From Erysipelothrix inopinata (lineage in GTDB: Bacteria; Bacillota_I; Bacilli_A; Erysipelotrichales; Erysipelotrichaceae): a stretch of 32,000 bases of DNA. Made by a program: the position numbers and the translations under genes. Positions 30,744 to 32,000 of the stretch are shown here, in pieces. Location of the stretch: assembly GCF_014396165.1 (NCBI RefSeq), contig NZ_CP060715.1, forward strand, positions 1,380,001-1,412,000. The letters run 5' to 3'. Positions within the stretch are counted from its first letter, which is position 1. Each line of letters opens with the position of its first letter. A model generated the notes under the pieces. That model searched no databases. It was not told where the DNA came from and saw only the letters and a program-made list of their open reading frames with translations.

Positions 30744-30958
30744 TGGGCGAGATTATTGTAGATCTAGATGTCATGCTTGCGAAAAGAAAAATGACCGTAA
30801 CGGAACTATCGGAGTTGATTGGCATCACTATTTCGAATGTCTCGATTCTAAAGACTGGAAAAGCAAAAGCGATTCGTTTTGATACACTTGCGAAAATCTG
30901 TGATGTCTTGGCATGTCAGCCAGGGGATATCTTACGATACGAAAAAGAGGATAATTAA
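30743..30958 (+). CDS. Small XRE-family HTH regulator (YozG-like)
   Basis: VMLAKRKMTVTELSELIGITISNVSILKTGKAKAIRFDTLAKICDVLACQPGDIL matches the ~70-aa YozG/Cro-C1 type. Confidence 0.85.
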   Translation: MGEIIVDLDVMLAKRKMTVTELSELIGITISNVSILKTGKAKAIRFDTLAKICDVLACQPGDILRYEKEDN

Positions 30959-30959
30959 A

Positions 30960-31190
30960 ATGAAAAAATTATATAACTTTACGATTGGTCTAATACTATT
31001 AGGATTTATTTTACTAGCAATTAAATCTGCTTCCCCAGAATATATAGATGAACAGGGGATACTTCATGAAACATTTTATTTAATAGGTTTGGGTACTTTT
31101 AGCATATTGGGTGGTACTATTCTCACAATTATCAATGCAATTGTAATTAAACTAAGAAAGAAAACAACATTAAAACAAGTCTCAAACTAG
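30960..31190 (+). CDS. DUF3955-like two-TM small membrane protein
   Basis: The start ATG at 30960 has SD AGAGGA upstream. The motif YIDEQGILHETFYLIG between two TM helices resembles DUF3955. The upstream part of the track ORF overlaps the HTH gene. Confidence 0.55.
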   Translation: MKKLYNFTIGLILLGFILLAIKSASPEYIDEQGILHETFYLIGLGTFSILGGTILTIINAIVIKLRKKTTLKQVSN

Positions 31191-31211
31191 TAATGAAAGT
31201 GGGGTGTTAAA

Positions 31212-31976
31212 ATGAAGCTAGATGGTAAAACAATACTTGTTACAGGAGTGAGTCGATTGGGTGGTATTGGAGCTGCAATTGCACTGAAGTTAAGTGAGTC
31301 AGGTGCAAAAGTTATCATCCATGGGCATAGTGATTTTGATATTGAAGCAAAGTATAGTGATTCGGACGATTCATTTCCTTCTGAGTTTTGCAAAAAACAC
31401 GAAAATATCTTTGTGGCGCCGTCTTCTGATCTCTCATCAGGACGTAACTGTGAGTCGCTAATAGAATTTGTAAATGAAAAGTACGGTGTAATACATGGAT
31501 TAGTCTTAAATCATGCTTATTCGACTCAAGGAAGTTTTGGTGAACTAAAAGAAGATGAGATAAACAAGCATCTTAATACGAATGTAACTGGCAATTTATT
31601 ATTAATTCAGAATTTTTCTGAACAATTGGTAGATGGTAATCGTGGTGCAATCACTTTATTTACAAGTGGTCAGTATCTCGGACCAATGACACAAGAAATT
31701 GCGTATGCAGTGTCGAAGGATGCAATCATTGGTATCACGAATCAGGCATCGTATGCTCTAGCACCTAAAAACATTCAAGTAAATGCCATAAACCCTGGAC
31801 CTACGGATACGGGTTATGCGAGTGGTGATGACTATGAACGGATTAAAAATATGTTCCCAGCAAAACGATGGGGAGTGCCAGAAGATGCCGCAAACTTAGT
31901 AGCGTTTTTACAAAGTGATGAATCGAGCTGGATAACAGGTCAAATCATTGCGAGTGAAGGTGGATTTACACGTTAA
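31212..31976 (+). CDS. SDR family oxidoreductase
   Basis: N-terminal Rossmann-type glycine-rich motif VTGVSRLGGIG, catalytic YAVSK, and PGPTDT. Confidence 0.85.
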   Translation: MKLDGKTILVTGVSRLGGIGAAIALKLSESGAKVIIHGHSDFDIEAKYSDSDDSFPSEFCKKHENIFVAPSSDLSSGRNCESLIEFVNEKYGVIHGLVLNHAYSTQGSFGELKEDEINKHLNTNVTGNLLLIQNFSEQLVDGNRGAITLFTSGQYLGPMTQEIAYAVSKDAIIGITNQASYALAPKNIQVNAINPGPTDTGYASGDDYERIKNMFPAKRWGVPEDAANLVAFLQSDESSWITGQIIASEGGFTR

Positions 31977-32000
31977 AAAGACATTATCTCTTGCGGGATA

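Overview
AT-rich, gene-dense chromosomal segment that looks like a low-GC Firmicute (Bacilli/Erysipelotrichia-like; this is inference from gene content, strong AGGAGG Shine-Dalgarno sites and frequent extended -10 TGnTATAAT promoters). The standard genetic code applies, since TGA is used as a normal stop at several tightly packed gene junctions. Gene order: 3' end of an MBL-fold hydrolase gene; an orphan lipoprotein ABC sugar-binding protein; a three-gene Csc-type WxL cell-surface cluster (small WxL protein, DUF916/DUF3324 protein, 1057-aa WxL protein with a beta-helix-like repeat array); a GPH-like MFS transporter coupled to a cytoplasmic glycerophosphodiesterase; a DUF1361 membrane protein; an unrecognisable ~182-aa protein translationally coupled to a WYL-domain regulator; a deoxynucleoside kinase; cysE interrupted by one in-frame TGA; a small membrane-protein gene broken by a 1-nt frameshift; two identical head-to-tail IS200-like elements; a convergent 5'-nucleotidase-family gene; a NusG-domain-II / Gx-transporter / heterodimeric ABC exporter operon; an M42 peptidase; a chitobiose-like locus (orphan PTS EIIC, SRPBCC-like protein, HutC/GntR regulator, YdjC/ChbG deacetylase); cyclophilin; an M24 Xaa-Pro dipeptidase; a PadR-DUF1700-DUF4097 triad divergent from a DUF2975-YozG-DUF3955 triad; and an SDR oxidoreductase. 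I saw no rRNA, tRNA or CRISPR array. The best candidate for something undescribed is the unknown-protein/WYL-regulator pair at 9889-11360 with its palindrome-flanked promoter. It sits in a short stretch that also carries two inactivated genes and the tandem IS200 insertion. All family calls come from reading the translations by eye; no database search was run.
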